Of a stretch of 64,000 nt of DNA, positions 39,096 to 51,279 are shown one piece after another. Below the pieces are notes generated by a model, which did no database searches, had not been told where the DNA came from, and worked only from the letters and a program-made list of their open reading frames with translations. A program made the translations under genes and the position numbers. The stretch comes from Narcine bancroftii (Eukaryota): the NCBI RefSeq assembly GCF_036971445.1, contig NC_091470.1, positions 152,582,001-152,646,000 on the forward strand. Reading direction: 5' to 3'. The first letter of the stretch is position 1. Every line of letters begins with the position of its first letter.

Positions 39096-39659
39096 GATTC
39101 AACATGGATCAGAACTTCAGAATTGCAGCATGTGACCAACTGCTCTTAGCATGTTGATTCTTGTTTTGCTGAAGAAGCTTCCAGAAACCTACTCTGCCTC
39201 TGGGGAGAAATTATCCAATCTGTGGTGGTGGGCACACAGCAGGGAAATGCTGCTTTGCTCAATGCCAATTTTTTTTTATAGTTTTTTTTGTTCGTTTTAA
39301 TAAACGCCGATCCATCAGTTTTTCCAGTTGGAAAAGTTTTGAGGGTTCTGTTAGTGAGAGGGGGAGCTGGGTGCAGGGGAAGGGGTGGGGGGAGAGAAGG
39401 GGAGGCCTTTCCCTTACTAAACTTCAGCCTAGGGGCCCGGGTGGGAATTAATCCACTGTTTCACTTCTAATAAGTTACAATGCAAAGTGATATTTACAAG
39501 GATTTGTCGGGAGGCACGGTTGGTGTAGCGGTTAGCACCAGCCCTATTGGGTGAAAAATTGCCCAACTGTTAACCTTATGTGTGATTTTTTTTAAACAGG
39601 GGGGAGGGTGGGCAATTTCAGTGCTTGCCATTGGTGCTATTTTACCTTGATACGTCACT

Positions 39660-40130
39660 GGTCCACATCAATGACAGGGATCACTCAATATCAAATCACT
39701 TCAATTCTGACCCCTACTCTCATGCTGTCTGCATTGCCGTCTGTAAGTCGGAGGAACAACATTTCATCTGGGCACTTCTCACCCGGATGGCATTAACAAT
39801 GACTTCTTTAGTTTCTGCTTGACCATTCCCTGTTCTCCCTCTCTTCCCTTTCCTTCTGTCTCTATTCCTCCAGCTCCCCATCCCCCTTTCCTTTCCATTA
39901 ACGGTGCCACACCCTCTCCCTCTTTTTGCTGTTGTGCCCTCCCTACCTCCCTACACAAACCTGTGGGCTTGTGCTCCTCCACCCGCCTCCTCCCACCATT
40001 TTATTCAGACATCTGTCTACATTTTCCTCATTCCTTGATGAAGGCTTCAGGCCCATAACATTGGTTATGTATCTTTGCCATAAAAAGTACACTGCTTGAC
40101 CCACTGACTTCCTTCAGCATTGTGTTTTTA
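39660..40130 (+). mobile_element. Penelope 3' end with terminal repeat
   Basis: KSEEQHFIWAL (LEEQHLIF-like), pyrimidine tract, ccttgatgaagg terminal motif. Confidence 0.75.
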
Positions 40131-40134
40131 ATCC

Positions 40135-40760
40135 GTTAATGCTTTACCCCCAACTACTTGCAACCTTATCCTTATAAAAATCATTAATGAAGTACATTGT
40201 CAAAACTCCAAGTACACAACATTCACTTATTCCCTCCAACCATTTTGCTTATATATTCAAAGTCAAGAAATATTTTTCAAATAGGACCCGAGTCTATGCC
40301 TGTCTGATGGAAAACTATGCAGATATCTTGCTGTTCCTTCCTTAATGATAGCTCCAAGCATTTTCCCTATTACAGATGTGTAACTTTTCATTTATCATAC
40401 TATGAACCATATCAACCAAAATATGTACAAATATTTCTCATTAAATATACACAGTGACATTTTCCCTCTTTTCTCCCCCTTCCCACTCCCCTCCAAAACC
40501 AATTAAACATATAAAATACATCTTCACACAAAAGAAAGACGTGTCATCTACTTTTACACATTAAATCTGATCATGCTTATCTTCCCCTACTACAGATGTT
40601 AAGTCAACTGGACCACAGCTTCCTGCCTTTTACCCACATCTTTTTTTAAACATAGCCAAATATTTGTCATCTTCCAATCCAGCAGCACCTAACGAGAGTC
40701 CAAAGAACTTTGGTAAATTTTCACAAATGCTTCTACTATAATTTTCCCCATTTCTTTCAG
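40135..40760 (-). mobile_element. Old CR1 RT fragment carrying an L1 3' fragment (40380-40580) with an approximately 17-bp TSD
   Basis: Minus strand reconstructs PVDLTSVVGKMLGAIIKE; ttccctattacagatgt (40363-40379) recurs imperfectly at 40582-40599. Confidence 0.62.
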
Positions 40761-41257
40761 TATCATAGGCTGCGTGGTTAATGATAGGCAAATGGAACTC
40801 GCTTGGCTGGGATGGACAAGTTGGGCTGAAAGGCCTGTTCCCTTGCAGTGGAATTTGATGGCTGCCACCAAAAGATTTCACCTCCTCAAGGAAATTTGCA
40901 TGTGATAATAACTGCTGGGTATGCCATAAATACTGACCATAATGAAACAAAACCATAACAGATTGGTTTTTAGTAACCCAGGAGAAATGGAGAGCAGGCA
41001 GAAAATTTGATTGGGAGAGATATTAGCTGTGATGAGCATGAATGGCACAGCAGACAAAACGAGCCAGATAGCTTTTCTTTTCATTATGATTGTGTTTTTT
41101 GTCTTAAACTGTGATGGAGATAACAAGGTGCAAGTTTGCACCAATAAACTAAATCAGGTAAAAGCCAAATCATTTGCTTAAATGCAGCTGAGTTATTAAC
41201 ATTAACTGGTTAATATTAACCTTTCAACCAGCTACATTAATCCATCCCAATTCTTAT

Positions 41258-42574
41258 TTTTCTTTGGCTTGGCTTCGCAGACGAAGATTTATGGAGGGGT
41301 ATGTCCACATCTGCTGCAGGCTCGTTGGTGACTGACAAGTCTGATGCGGGACAGGCAGGCACGGATGCAGCGGTTGCAAGGGAAAATTGGTGGGTTGGGG
41401 CTGGGTGTTGAGTTTTTCCTCCTTTGTCTTTTGTCAGTGAGGTGGGCTCTGTGGTCTTCTTCACAGAACTGTGAGGCGCCAAGATGCACGGTTGGAGGCG
41501 ATATCAGCCCAATGGCGGTGGTCAATCTGGCAGGTACCAAGAGATTTCTTTAAGCAGTCCTTGTACCTCTTCTTTGGTGCACCTCTGTCTCGGTGGCCAG
41601 TGGAGAGCTCGCCATAGAACACGATCTTGGGAAGGCGATGGTCCTCCATTCTGGAGACGTGACCCACCCAGCACAGTTGGGTCTTCAGCAGCATGGATTC
41701 GATGCTTGCAGACTCTGCCAGCTCGAGTACTTTGATGTTGGTGATGAAGTCATTCCAATGAATGAATCTTGAGGATGGAGTGGAGACAGCGCTGATGGAA
41801 GCGTTCTAGGAGCCGTAGGTGATGCCGGTAGAGGACCCATGATTCGGAGCCAAACAGGAGCGTGGGTATGACAACAGCTCTGTACACGCTGATCTTTGTA
41901 TGTTTCTTCAGGTGGTTGTTTTTCCAGACTCTTTTGTGTAGTCTTCCAAAGGCGCTATTTGCCTTGGCGAGTCTGTTGTCTATCTCTTTGTCGATCCTTG
42001 CATCAGATGAAATAGTGCAGCCGAGGTAGGTAAACTGGTTGACTGTTTTGAATTCTGTGTGCCCGATGGAGATGTGGGGGGGGGGGGGGGCTGGTGGTCA
42101 TGGTGGGGAGCTGGCTGATGGAGGACCTCAGTTTTCTTCAGGCTGACTTCCAGGCCAAACATTTTGGCAGTTTCCGCAAAACAGGACGTCATGCGCTGGA
42201 GAGCTGGCTCTGAATGGGCAACTAAAGCGGCATCGTCTGCAAAGAGTAGTTCACGGAGAAGTTGCTCTTGTGTCTTGGTGTGAGCTTGCAGGCGCCTCAG
42301 ATTGAAGAGACTGCCATCCGTGCGGTACCGGATGTAAACAGCGTCTTCATTATTGAGGTCTTTCATGGCTTGTTTCAGCATCATGCTGAAGAAGATAGTA
42401 AAGAGGGTTGGTGCGAGGACGCAGCCTTGCTTCACGCCGTTGTCAATGGAGAAGGGTTCGGAGAGCTCATTGCTGTATATGACCCGACCTTGTTGGTTTT
42501 CGTGCAGTTGGATAACCATGTTGAGGAACTTGGGGGGAGCATCCGAGGCGCTCTAGTATTTGCCAAAGCCCTTT
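41258..42574 (-). mobile_element. RTE-clade LINE, 5'-truncated, frameshifted
   Basis: GVKQGCVLAPTLF, ELLFADDAAL, GLEVSLKKTEV, LCWVGHVSRM; 3' end gcgaagccaagccaaag. Confidence 0.95.
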
Positions 42575-42649
42575 ACAGAATTGGGAATAAACAAAGGTAG
42601 TGCCAGTCATTATTGAATGTCAAATGGTCAGCAATTTTTCTTTTTAAAC

Positions 42650-42830
42650 AAACTGCACGGTAACAGGCCCTTTCAGCCCATGCTGCCCAATTACACCCAA
42701 ATGGCTGACAACCTCCAGTATATTTTTGAGCACCAGGAGGAATCCCGGTCACTGGGAGAACATTCAAACTCCGGTCCCTATCGCTGGCTTTGTAACAGTG
42801 TTGCACTAACCACTAGGCTAACCTCGCCTT
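42650..42830 (-). mobile_element. HE1-like SINE
   Basis: gcacggtaacaggccctttcagccc...caattacaccc...gcactaaccact (reverse complement of the SINE at 13318). Confidence 0.75.
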
Positions 42831-44304
42831 CCAAACAGTCAGAGCAGTTAGATCAAAGATCCATATTTTCAAAAAAGCAGTTGCCAAGACAATTGTGAAA
42901 ATTCACACATACATGCAAGTGAGGTTTCATTCTGTCAGATCCTGTTGAAACTCTGATTAAATACTTGCAATTACTTTTAACTTATGACATGGGACAGCAA
43001 TGATTTTTTTAAATATAATCTTTTTACAGGCAATATGAAAGAATCTTTTTATCTCAGTAAGTGAATGACCCTATAATAAGCAGTTTATTAAACGTGGAGG
43101 TAACTCATCTGTCCTCAATGCTCAGATTAATGTCGTAGCCACATTTTACCTCTGGCGATGAGCAATATGAATAGCCTTGGCAATAACACTGAACAGCTCT
43201 GACAAATCTGCTGTGGTATTTTATAACAATTCTGCTTTATGAATGGCAACATTAACTTCCAGGCAGTCATGGCTGATGGAGCCTGGAGGTCTTTGGTCCA
43301 ACTAATTTCCTCCAAAAGCAGCAGGAAACTAACAGTGCACACTTTTACACTTCAATAGATCTGTAATTCAACAAATCTTCGAAAAAAATTACATACTTCC
43401 ATTCATTAACTGTACCTAATAAATTACATATACTACATACCAACATAAGGGACAGCCTGAAACACAATTTATAGTTGATAGATTGCTCAGATATATATTT
43501 AATCAATTTTCTGCCTTGAGAATATGAAACAAAAGACTACATAGAGAGACACTGCAGACATGGAAAAAAATTGCATAAAAATGCGAGTTTGGCCAGTGGT
43601 GTAGTATCTTAAAAATTGGACTTGCATGCTGAACTGACCAAAAGAGGTGTTTAGAATTATTATCAAAGCCCGAAAATGGAAGTGGTAGTAGAATTGAGAG
43701 AAAAGTGAAACATAAAGGAAGGCTCATTTTCAGTTTTCAGTTTAATTTTTCATGAAAAGCTTAAAAATGAGAATGGAAATCTGCCCAGTTATTTTATTTT
43801 TAGAAAATTGAAAAGCTGGCTAAAACAGTCCTGCTCTTCTCTGATGTGAATGATGTCTAATCAGTAGATATTTCCTTCTGGGAGAATCAGTTTTCAGAAG
43901 AGAAGGGACCCCCCCCCCCCCCCAGAATATTTTTTGTTCAGCTGTCTCAGACTCAATCACTGAGTGTAGCTAACTTGTCAAATCATTAAAAACATTTCAG
44001 CTTTCAAAGTCCCAAAATTATTTTCATCCAAACCTCATAATGCCATGAATAGCATTTAAACATCTGCTACAAGGTGGCAGGCAGGGGATGTAATAAGGCA
44101 GAAATTATTCTCACCAGAACAAAAAGCCACACATCCATGTCCCAAAACCTAATAACTGAAACAATACAAAAATCAATAGTCCTCTAAATCTTTGTCACAG
44201 ACTCTTTCCTTCACAAAGGTTAACTCGTCTCTAATTACTTTCAATGCTACTTTGGGTCAACAGAAAGCTATTTGACTTTTCCACAACAGGACATGGAACA
44301 CAAC

Positions 44305-44550
44305 AGCACATAGAACATGACAACCCATAATGGGCCCTTTGGCCCACAATGTGGTGCTGACCCATATAAACCTACTCATATACCCATAACCCTCTATTTT
44401 TTCAGCTTCCATCATGACCCCTTACAGCACTCCCTGTGTGTAAAAAAAACTACTTCTGACGTCTCTGCTAAACTTTCCTCCACTCACCCTAAACAAATGT
44501 GCTCTGGTATTTGCTATTGTCATTTTGGGAAAAGGCTGCCTCCCATCTTC
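44305..44550 (-). mobile_element. CR1 3' fragment
   Basis: catagaaca...ggccctttggcccacaatgtggtgctgacc...ctgtgtgtaaaaaaaact. Confidence 0.6.
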
Positions 44551-45025
44551 TTGTATATCTCCAACTATCTGGCCAAGAAGATTACAATTTCTCTGAGACT
44601 GAACTAAGATGGTTCATTGAAAAGGAACAGATTTGAGTGACTCTGCAGAAATACATTCAGCTGCACTCAAGCAGGATTCAATTTCACCAAGTATTTTGCC
44701 TCTCTCAATAATCATTCATGATTTACCTCACTAATCTATTAGTAGAACTGAGGGAAAACAAAAGGAAATGTATCTCAGCCAATGGCACTTTTATTTATAT
44801 TATGTGCTGGTTTGAAAGATCATATTTTCAACTTGCATTAAGATTTTAGGAATTTTGCAACTCTAAGAAAAAAAGAATCCAATAAATGATATACCCACAC
44901 CTGTGTTTATGATGCTCAAAGGCTGAATTCCAAGCCACCATTGATGTTTTCATTTAAAAATAGGAGAGGACGATCCTTGCACACAACATCTGCACAACAA
45001 ATGTCTTCCACCAACCTGCCTCACC

Positions 45026-45608
45026 AGGCCTTTTCACACCGCATTGTAAAATGGAGATTCCCTGGGATATTTTCCCTGATCACCCTCTCCCTGCAGTGCG
45101 AAGAGCCAAATGCCCAAGCAGGCAATTAAAATTAAAAGATACTTACTGCCTGACAACAGCGGGCTGCTTCGGCGCATTGCAACAGCAACACGATGCTGGA
45201 TGAATAGCCTTCTTCTTTAACCATAATCCCTCATGCAGCTATATTCTCAGAGCGGTTCCAGCTGCGTGAGGGATTATGGGAAATGAAGTTGGCCATTCAT
45301 CCCGCATTGTGCCTCCATCACGATATGCCGAAGCACAGGGCAGTGGGGCAGGGAAAAGAGTCGGGCGACATGCAGTGGGGGTGGGGGGGGGGGGAGGGAG
45401 GGAGAGAGCGAGAGGCAGGTAACTGACAGACAGGAGGTGAACTTGCGCAATGCATCATCAGTTGGGGGCAGGACCCGCTTAAATTTCCAGGGAGGGCAAA
45501 TTCCCAGGAATTTGGACCACGGTGTGAAAGGCCTGAGAAGTCTTGAATTCACAGGAGTTTCACCAGGACAAAGTAGGGTCACTGCTCCCCTACGGCGTGA
45601 AAACGGCT
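45026..45608. mobile_element. Harbinger-like MITE, CpG-rich
   Basis: Left end aggccttttcacaccg; right-end-like motifs cggtgtgaaaggcct (ends 45534) and cggcgtgaaaacggct (ends 45608). Confidence 0.62.
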
Positions 45609-45655
45609 ATTGAACCACAACAAAAGACACCTGGAAAACATGGACCACTTTCTTT

Positions 45656-45786
45656 CTCTTGGGGGACACTTGGGAGAAATTCACCACAGACTTCCATACA
45701 TCAGCAAAGCCATTGAGGAAAAGATTATTTGATAATTATGACCTAAGACGAAAGCATATTCTGTCCAACAGCAGTCTCCTCACTTT
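45656..45786 (+). repeat. 131-bp direct repeat, left TSD of the RTE insertion
   Basis: Identical by eye to 46988-47118. Confidence 0.95.
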
Positions 45787-46975
45787 TCTTTTCTTTGGCT
45801 TGGCTTCGCGGACGAAGATTTATGGAGGGGGTAAAAAGTCCACGTCAGCTGCAGGCTCGTTTGTGGCTGACAAGTCCGATGCGGGACAGGCAGACACGAT
45901 TGCAGCGGTTGCAAGGGAAAATTGGTTGGTTGGGGTTGGGTGTTGGGTTTTTCCTCCTTTGCCTTTTGTCAGTGAGGTGGGTTCTGCGGTCTTCTTCAAA
46001 GGAGGTTGCTGCCCGCCAAACTGTGAGGCGCCAAGATGCACGGTTTGAGGCGTTATCAGCCCACTGGCGGTGGTCAATGTGGCAGGCACCAAGAGATTTC
46101 TTTAGGCAGTCCTTGTACCTTTTCTTTGGTGCACCTCTGTCACGGTGGCCAGTGGAGAGCTCGCCATATAACACGATCTTGGGAAGGCGATGGTCCTCCA
46201 TTCTGGAGACGTGACCCATCCAGCGCAGCTGGATCTTCAGCAGAGTGGACTCGATGCTGTCGACCTCTGCCATCTCGAGTACTTCGACGTTAGGGGTGTA
46301 AGCGCTCCAATGGATGTTGAGGATGGAGCGGAGACAACGCTGGTGGAAGCGTTCTAGGAGCCGTAGGTGATGCCGGTAGAGGACCCATGATTCGGAGCCG
46401 AACAGGAGTGTGGGTATGACAACAGCTCTGTATACGCTTATCTTTGTGAGGTTTTTCAGTTGGTTGTTTTTCCAGACTCTTTTGTGTAGTCTTCCAAAGG
46501 CGCTATTTGCCTTGGCGAGTCTGTTGTCTATCTCATTGTCGATCCTTGCATCTGATGAAATGGTGCAGCCGAGATAGGTAAACTGGTTGACCGTTTTGAG
46601 TTTTGTGTGCCCGATGGAGATGTGGGGGGGCTGGTAGTCATGGTGGGGAGCTGGCTGATGGAGGACCTCAGTTTTCTTCAGGCTGACTTCCAGGCCAAAC
46701 ATTTTGGCAGTTTCCGCAAAGCAGGACGTCAAGCGCTGAAGAGCTGGCTCTGAATGAGCAACTAAAGCGGCATCATCTGCAAAGAGTAGTTCACGGACAA
46801 GTTTCTCTTGTGTCTTGGTGTGAGCTTGCAGGCGCCTCAGATTGAAGAGACTGCCATCCGTGCGGTACCGGATGTAAACAGCGTCTTCATTGTTGGGGTC
46901 TTTCATGGCTTGGTTCAGCATCATGCTGAAGAAGATTGAAAAGAGGGTTGGTGCGAGAACACAGCCTTGCTTCAC
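45787..46975 (-). mobile_element. Very young 5'-truncated RTE LINE with an uninterrupted RT/C-terminal ORF (stop at 45845)
   Basis: VKQGCVLAPTLF...ELLFADD...FTYLG...LRWMGHVSRM...CNRCNRVCLSRIGLVSHKRAC (C2HC-type finger); (A)nG repeat tail. The first approximately 18 aa of the tracked ORF come from flanking DNA. Confidence 0.97.
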
Positions 46976-46987
46976 TCTTGGGGGACA

Positions 46988-47118
46988 CTCTTGGGGGACA
47001 CTTGGGAGAAATTCACCACAGACTTCCATACATCAGCAAAGCCATTGAGGAAAAGATTATTTGATAATTATGACCTAAGACGAAAGCATATTCTGTCCAA
47101 CAGCAGTCTCCTCACTTT
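46988..47118 (+). repeat. 131-bp direct repeat, right TSD; preceded by an extra 13-nt copy of its start (46975-46987)
   Basis: ctcttgggggaca|ctcttgggggacacttggg... Confidence 0.95.
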
Positions 47119-47516
47119 ATACTTGCATTTTCAGCTGAAGATCAGAAGGTGATATGATACTTGTTGTTCTGTGCCTTTCTGTTCATTGCAAAAAGCTTAA
47201 TTACGGGATGAAGTTGAATTGGATATTTTAAAACATTAAAATGTCACAATTTGGAGGTTTACAGGTCATGACAAAACCCTCTAATACACCATTTATTCAA
47301 CCTACTAGATGGAAACAACCTCAAAAGACATAAAACTGGGGAAAGAGAAATATTAATTCTGAGTATATGCAAATATAACAAATAAAAATGAAAAAAAAAT
47401 GGTTTGCAAGAACATTAAATTTATTTACAAACAGATAAAAGATTGCTTAATAGTCCTTTTTTTTCCTCAGCAATCTATTCTTTCCACAAATCTCTTTTGA
47501 AACCATTTAAATAGTA

Positions 47517-48166
47517 CAGTAAAACCCCTACCATATTGGCAGATGCTGGATAAGTATATTTTCCAGCTCCTTGAGACTTATTCTTACAATGGCTAACTCA
47601 TAAAATGTGCATTCAGAATAAATTCTGTAGTTTAAAAGATGTAAAAATACAATGCCTTACATACACTGCACAAACTTCATTTGCATGAATGTAGAAACCT
47701 TAAAGCGTTTTACTTTACTTTCAGTCACATTCTTTGAAAACATTTAACCTTCACTGCATCTGCAGGTTTTTACCCCTCCGCAGAGCCGGTCAAAAGATGA
47801 ACAATAACATTACAGTGAATTAACCCCCTACCACCCCCCCCCCCAAAGTTTACAGATAAAGCCTCTAACCAGGGCGCAGGGATAAGGAGACACATTAAGA
47901 GAGTAACCCCAAATGGCGAGCGGCATCAACCACCTATTTCATCCTTGGCAATGCCATTTTATTCAAACAGCTGATTGAGCAAAGCACAACCAAGGCACTC
48001 CACTGGCTGAATATTTGCTCCCACAAGGTTTCAAGAACAGTTACATTTTTTAACTTGTGTATTTTTTACCTATAATTTAACTCTTATTTATTTTAATTTT
48101 TAAAATTTATTTTCCTCAATGATTTTCTTCCATTTACTTGAATTCCAGGTTCTAGAGATTTTACTG
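47517..48166. mobile_element. Tc1/mariner-pogo (Tigger-like) MITE
   Basis: TA|cagtaaaacccct...agagattttactg|TA. Confidence 0.75.
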
Positions 48167-48929
48167 TATTTTCTTTTCTTTAGTGATGAACAAGATGACC
48201 TTAGTCCGCTCTTCTTTCTTTTAACTTTCTAAGATCTTATTCCGAGGAATCTGATCACTTGAAATTTGCAGTGTAAAAATGCATATTAAATCTTGGACGG
48301 AAAAATTGTCCTTCTGAAGGTTGCCCAAAGTCTCATGGTGCCACTTAAAAGACCCAAAAATACACACTTGCAGGTTAATTAATACTAGCTACAATTGATT
48401 AAGTTTATTACTTTTTGTAATCAATGTGAATTGCATATTATGCTGAATATATTGTTTTATTGATTTCATATAATTGATTAACATAGCAGTTGAGGTGACA
48501 ACATTGCATTAGTACAACAATGTGTTTGAAATATTGGGCAGACTGTTGGATGATATTTTCTAATTAATATGAGACCAACAGATCTAAAGCACAATTTAAA
48601 ATTAGCATCGGGAGTGTCTTGCAGTCCAAACTGTTTCACACTGAACATCTGATCACTTATTTGCAGAGCATCTTTCCTGACCAAGAAACATTTTTAAAGA
48701 TTTAAAAGCCTAAGTAGCCAAATATATTGATTCACAAAACAACAGTCATCATCATCTTTCTATCTCAATGTCAACTGTGAACAGATGTTTACTTGCTTTG
48801 ATCTCAATCTATCCTGATACTCCAGCAATCTTTGCTGTACAATTAAAATATGCTTTTGTAAAGTTATTTGTACCTTGATAAACCTTTATCTGCATCTTAG
48901 GAAAAAGTTTTAGCTTTTACCACAATGAT

Positions 48930-49385
48930 ATAATATTAAAGATAGAAAGTTTCAATTTATAAAATTGCGAGGCCAATTCTTAGAATTTTATTATAATTAG
49001 AAGAATAAAGAATTATCGTGTACACTGGAGATTCACTGTCTGATGTCTGGGGGGTCACCACTGGATCCATATTTTCATTTTTATTTATTATATAAGGTAA
49101 CCTTGATTAGAGGGAAGGGGTCAATTAGAAGAAGTTTTTAGTTTTTTATCCCCTTTGTTTTTTTATATTTGCCTCAACTCAGCAAACATGTTTAACATGA
49201 TAATACCAGATCAATTCAAATTATTGTTTCTCATGTACATTAAAGAATTCTCAACTTAGTTTCATTTTTTTTTCTTTTTGTGTGCTTATATGTACACAAA
49301 TAATTTGCTATGTGCTTTCTTTTTCTAAAACTCTGTATGTAAGCTTATATGTTAAAATCAATACAAAATATTTTAAAAAGAAAAA
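48930..49385 (+). mobile_element. L1-type 3' fragment
   Basis: F.KI..PFL-like end, G/T-rich UTR, A-rich tail. Confidence 0.45.
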
Positions 49386-51279
49386 TTACTTGCTAATGGG
49401 TGTAGATATCACCGACAAGGTCAGCATTTACAGTTCAAATGAAGAGGCAGTTTTCATTGAGAATCTGTTGTTTCACAAGCATTCGTACCGATACGGTTTT
49501 TAATTTGAGATTTGTTTAATTATGAAACCTCAATGACTCAGTTGTGTGGAATTTAAAGGCAAATCTCCAGAAAAATAATCCAGGTATTTGGATAAAAATC
49601 CAGCAAGACAACTACAATACCTCAGAGCAGATGGACTACCAAATATCAAGGATTGTGTCTTCTCTCCAAACCTTATTAATTCTGTAGTATGCTCATGGTG
49701 GATCTATTCATCATACAAACCATTCTGTGATCCTTTGAAAGGTCTCAAAAGAAATTGTAATCAAACACACCATTCACATTTACTGTACTGCTGGTCTGAT
49801 GATACCATTTTTGATGCTGTGCCAAAAAGGATGCTTTTTCTTGTCCCAGCAATGGAGATTTTTATTAAAAACTACAAATTTTGTTTGACACAAACAAAAG
49901 AACTTCAAATATGATCTACATGATTTAAAATACTTTCCAGTTCCCTCGGTATCTACCAGTTGTGGACGGCGTAAGCATGCATAGGAACTATGTTTTCCTT
50001 CTCTGGAAGTATAATCTTGAAACCAGGCCAGGCAGTTCATGTTGATTGACCCTTGATGACCCACTGCTCGACACCTGAATGCTCATCTTGACCAAACCCA
50101 AGAGCAGACACAACCAACCTACCCACACCCATCCCTGTACTATCTACAAACCAGTTACCTAAAGATCAAGGTGGCCTGATGTGCAACCAAAACTTAAAAT
50201 GTAGTTCTGTCAGATACAGAATAGGGACTGTACCTCTCAAATTTCATACAACTATCCACCATACACTACTCTAGAAATTATAGGTGGCAAAGAACCAATG
50301 AACCACAGTGTCTATACAATACCTTCCATTCCAGGACATAAACAAAAGGTGGTGGAATCCTGGCTGGATAAATCTTCACTGGAATCCCCTTCTTCATTGG
50401 ATGTCATGAGATCACCCGTAACATCCAGATGACAAACTGCTTTAGAGCTGTCCTGAAGCAAATATCAGATAGTTTTGCACCAATATTGAGGTGATTTCTT
50501 CATGAGAATAAATTATGGAGGAAAAGCACTTAGAAAAAATAATTTTAAAAATAGAGCACTGCAGTTCCAAATTCCTGTAATGACCACACATTGATTGGCC
50601 TATGAACAATTCAGGAAATCAGCATATCCTTGTATTCCATTGAAATTTGAATCAACCTGGGTAATATTTCCATCTAAAGTACTTTTCAGTGTTAACCACA
50701 ATTTTCATGCTGCCAGAAACTGCATACAATGAAAAACTTAGACAGACTTAAACAGGGCAATAATTGCATAAGCTGCCTTTTGTCCTTGTCAAATAGGTTA
50801 GAATTCTGTTGAGTGGGTTAATTCATCTTCATTTAAGAAAATATGCTTCTTAGCCTCATACACAAGAGGACCAGACCTTTGACTCACCAATCCCATTCTG
50901 TTGCTCACTAAATTCACAGCTGACCTCATTTGTAGCCCTTGGATTAATACCCAGGTTCCCTAATTGGATCCCATGACTGTCTAAATTTACCACCATAACT
51001 AAAAACAACAAAACATATGCATTTTATTAAATGACAAGAAGGATTTAGATTTCGGAGACTACCATGGGGATCAACGCTTCAGGGTGGCCGAATGATTTCA
51101 TTCAACTTTCTCCTATTTTCAGACATATCAACAATTTTCGTTCATTTAGCAGAATGTCCCGAACACTTCAAAAGAACTTTTACAAACTTTGAGATTGAAT
51201 CATAGAAGATGGTATTATGGCAAACATCTACCAAAATGCAATCATTCAAACACGAAGTTTAAAACTTACAATTACATTT

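Noticed and set aside
39250-39660. hAT-like element ending in gatacgtcactg
   Set aside because: The left terminus and TSD could not be located.
41127-41221. Short palindromes ggtgcaa-gt-ttgcacc and gttaatattaac
   Set aside because: Expected by chance in 64 kb of AT-rich DNA.
42076-42090. Poly-G run (also poly-C at 43909-43923 and G runs near 45378 and 63764) as G-quadruplex elements
   Set aside because: Simple homopolymer expansions, mostly inside repeats; the paralogous RTE has a shorter G run at the same site.
45845-47029. 394-aa ORF as a host or domesticated gene
   Set aside because: It is a 5'-truncated RTE RT C-terminus; the start codon and first approximately 18 aa come from the TSD flank.
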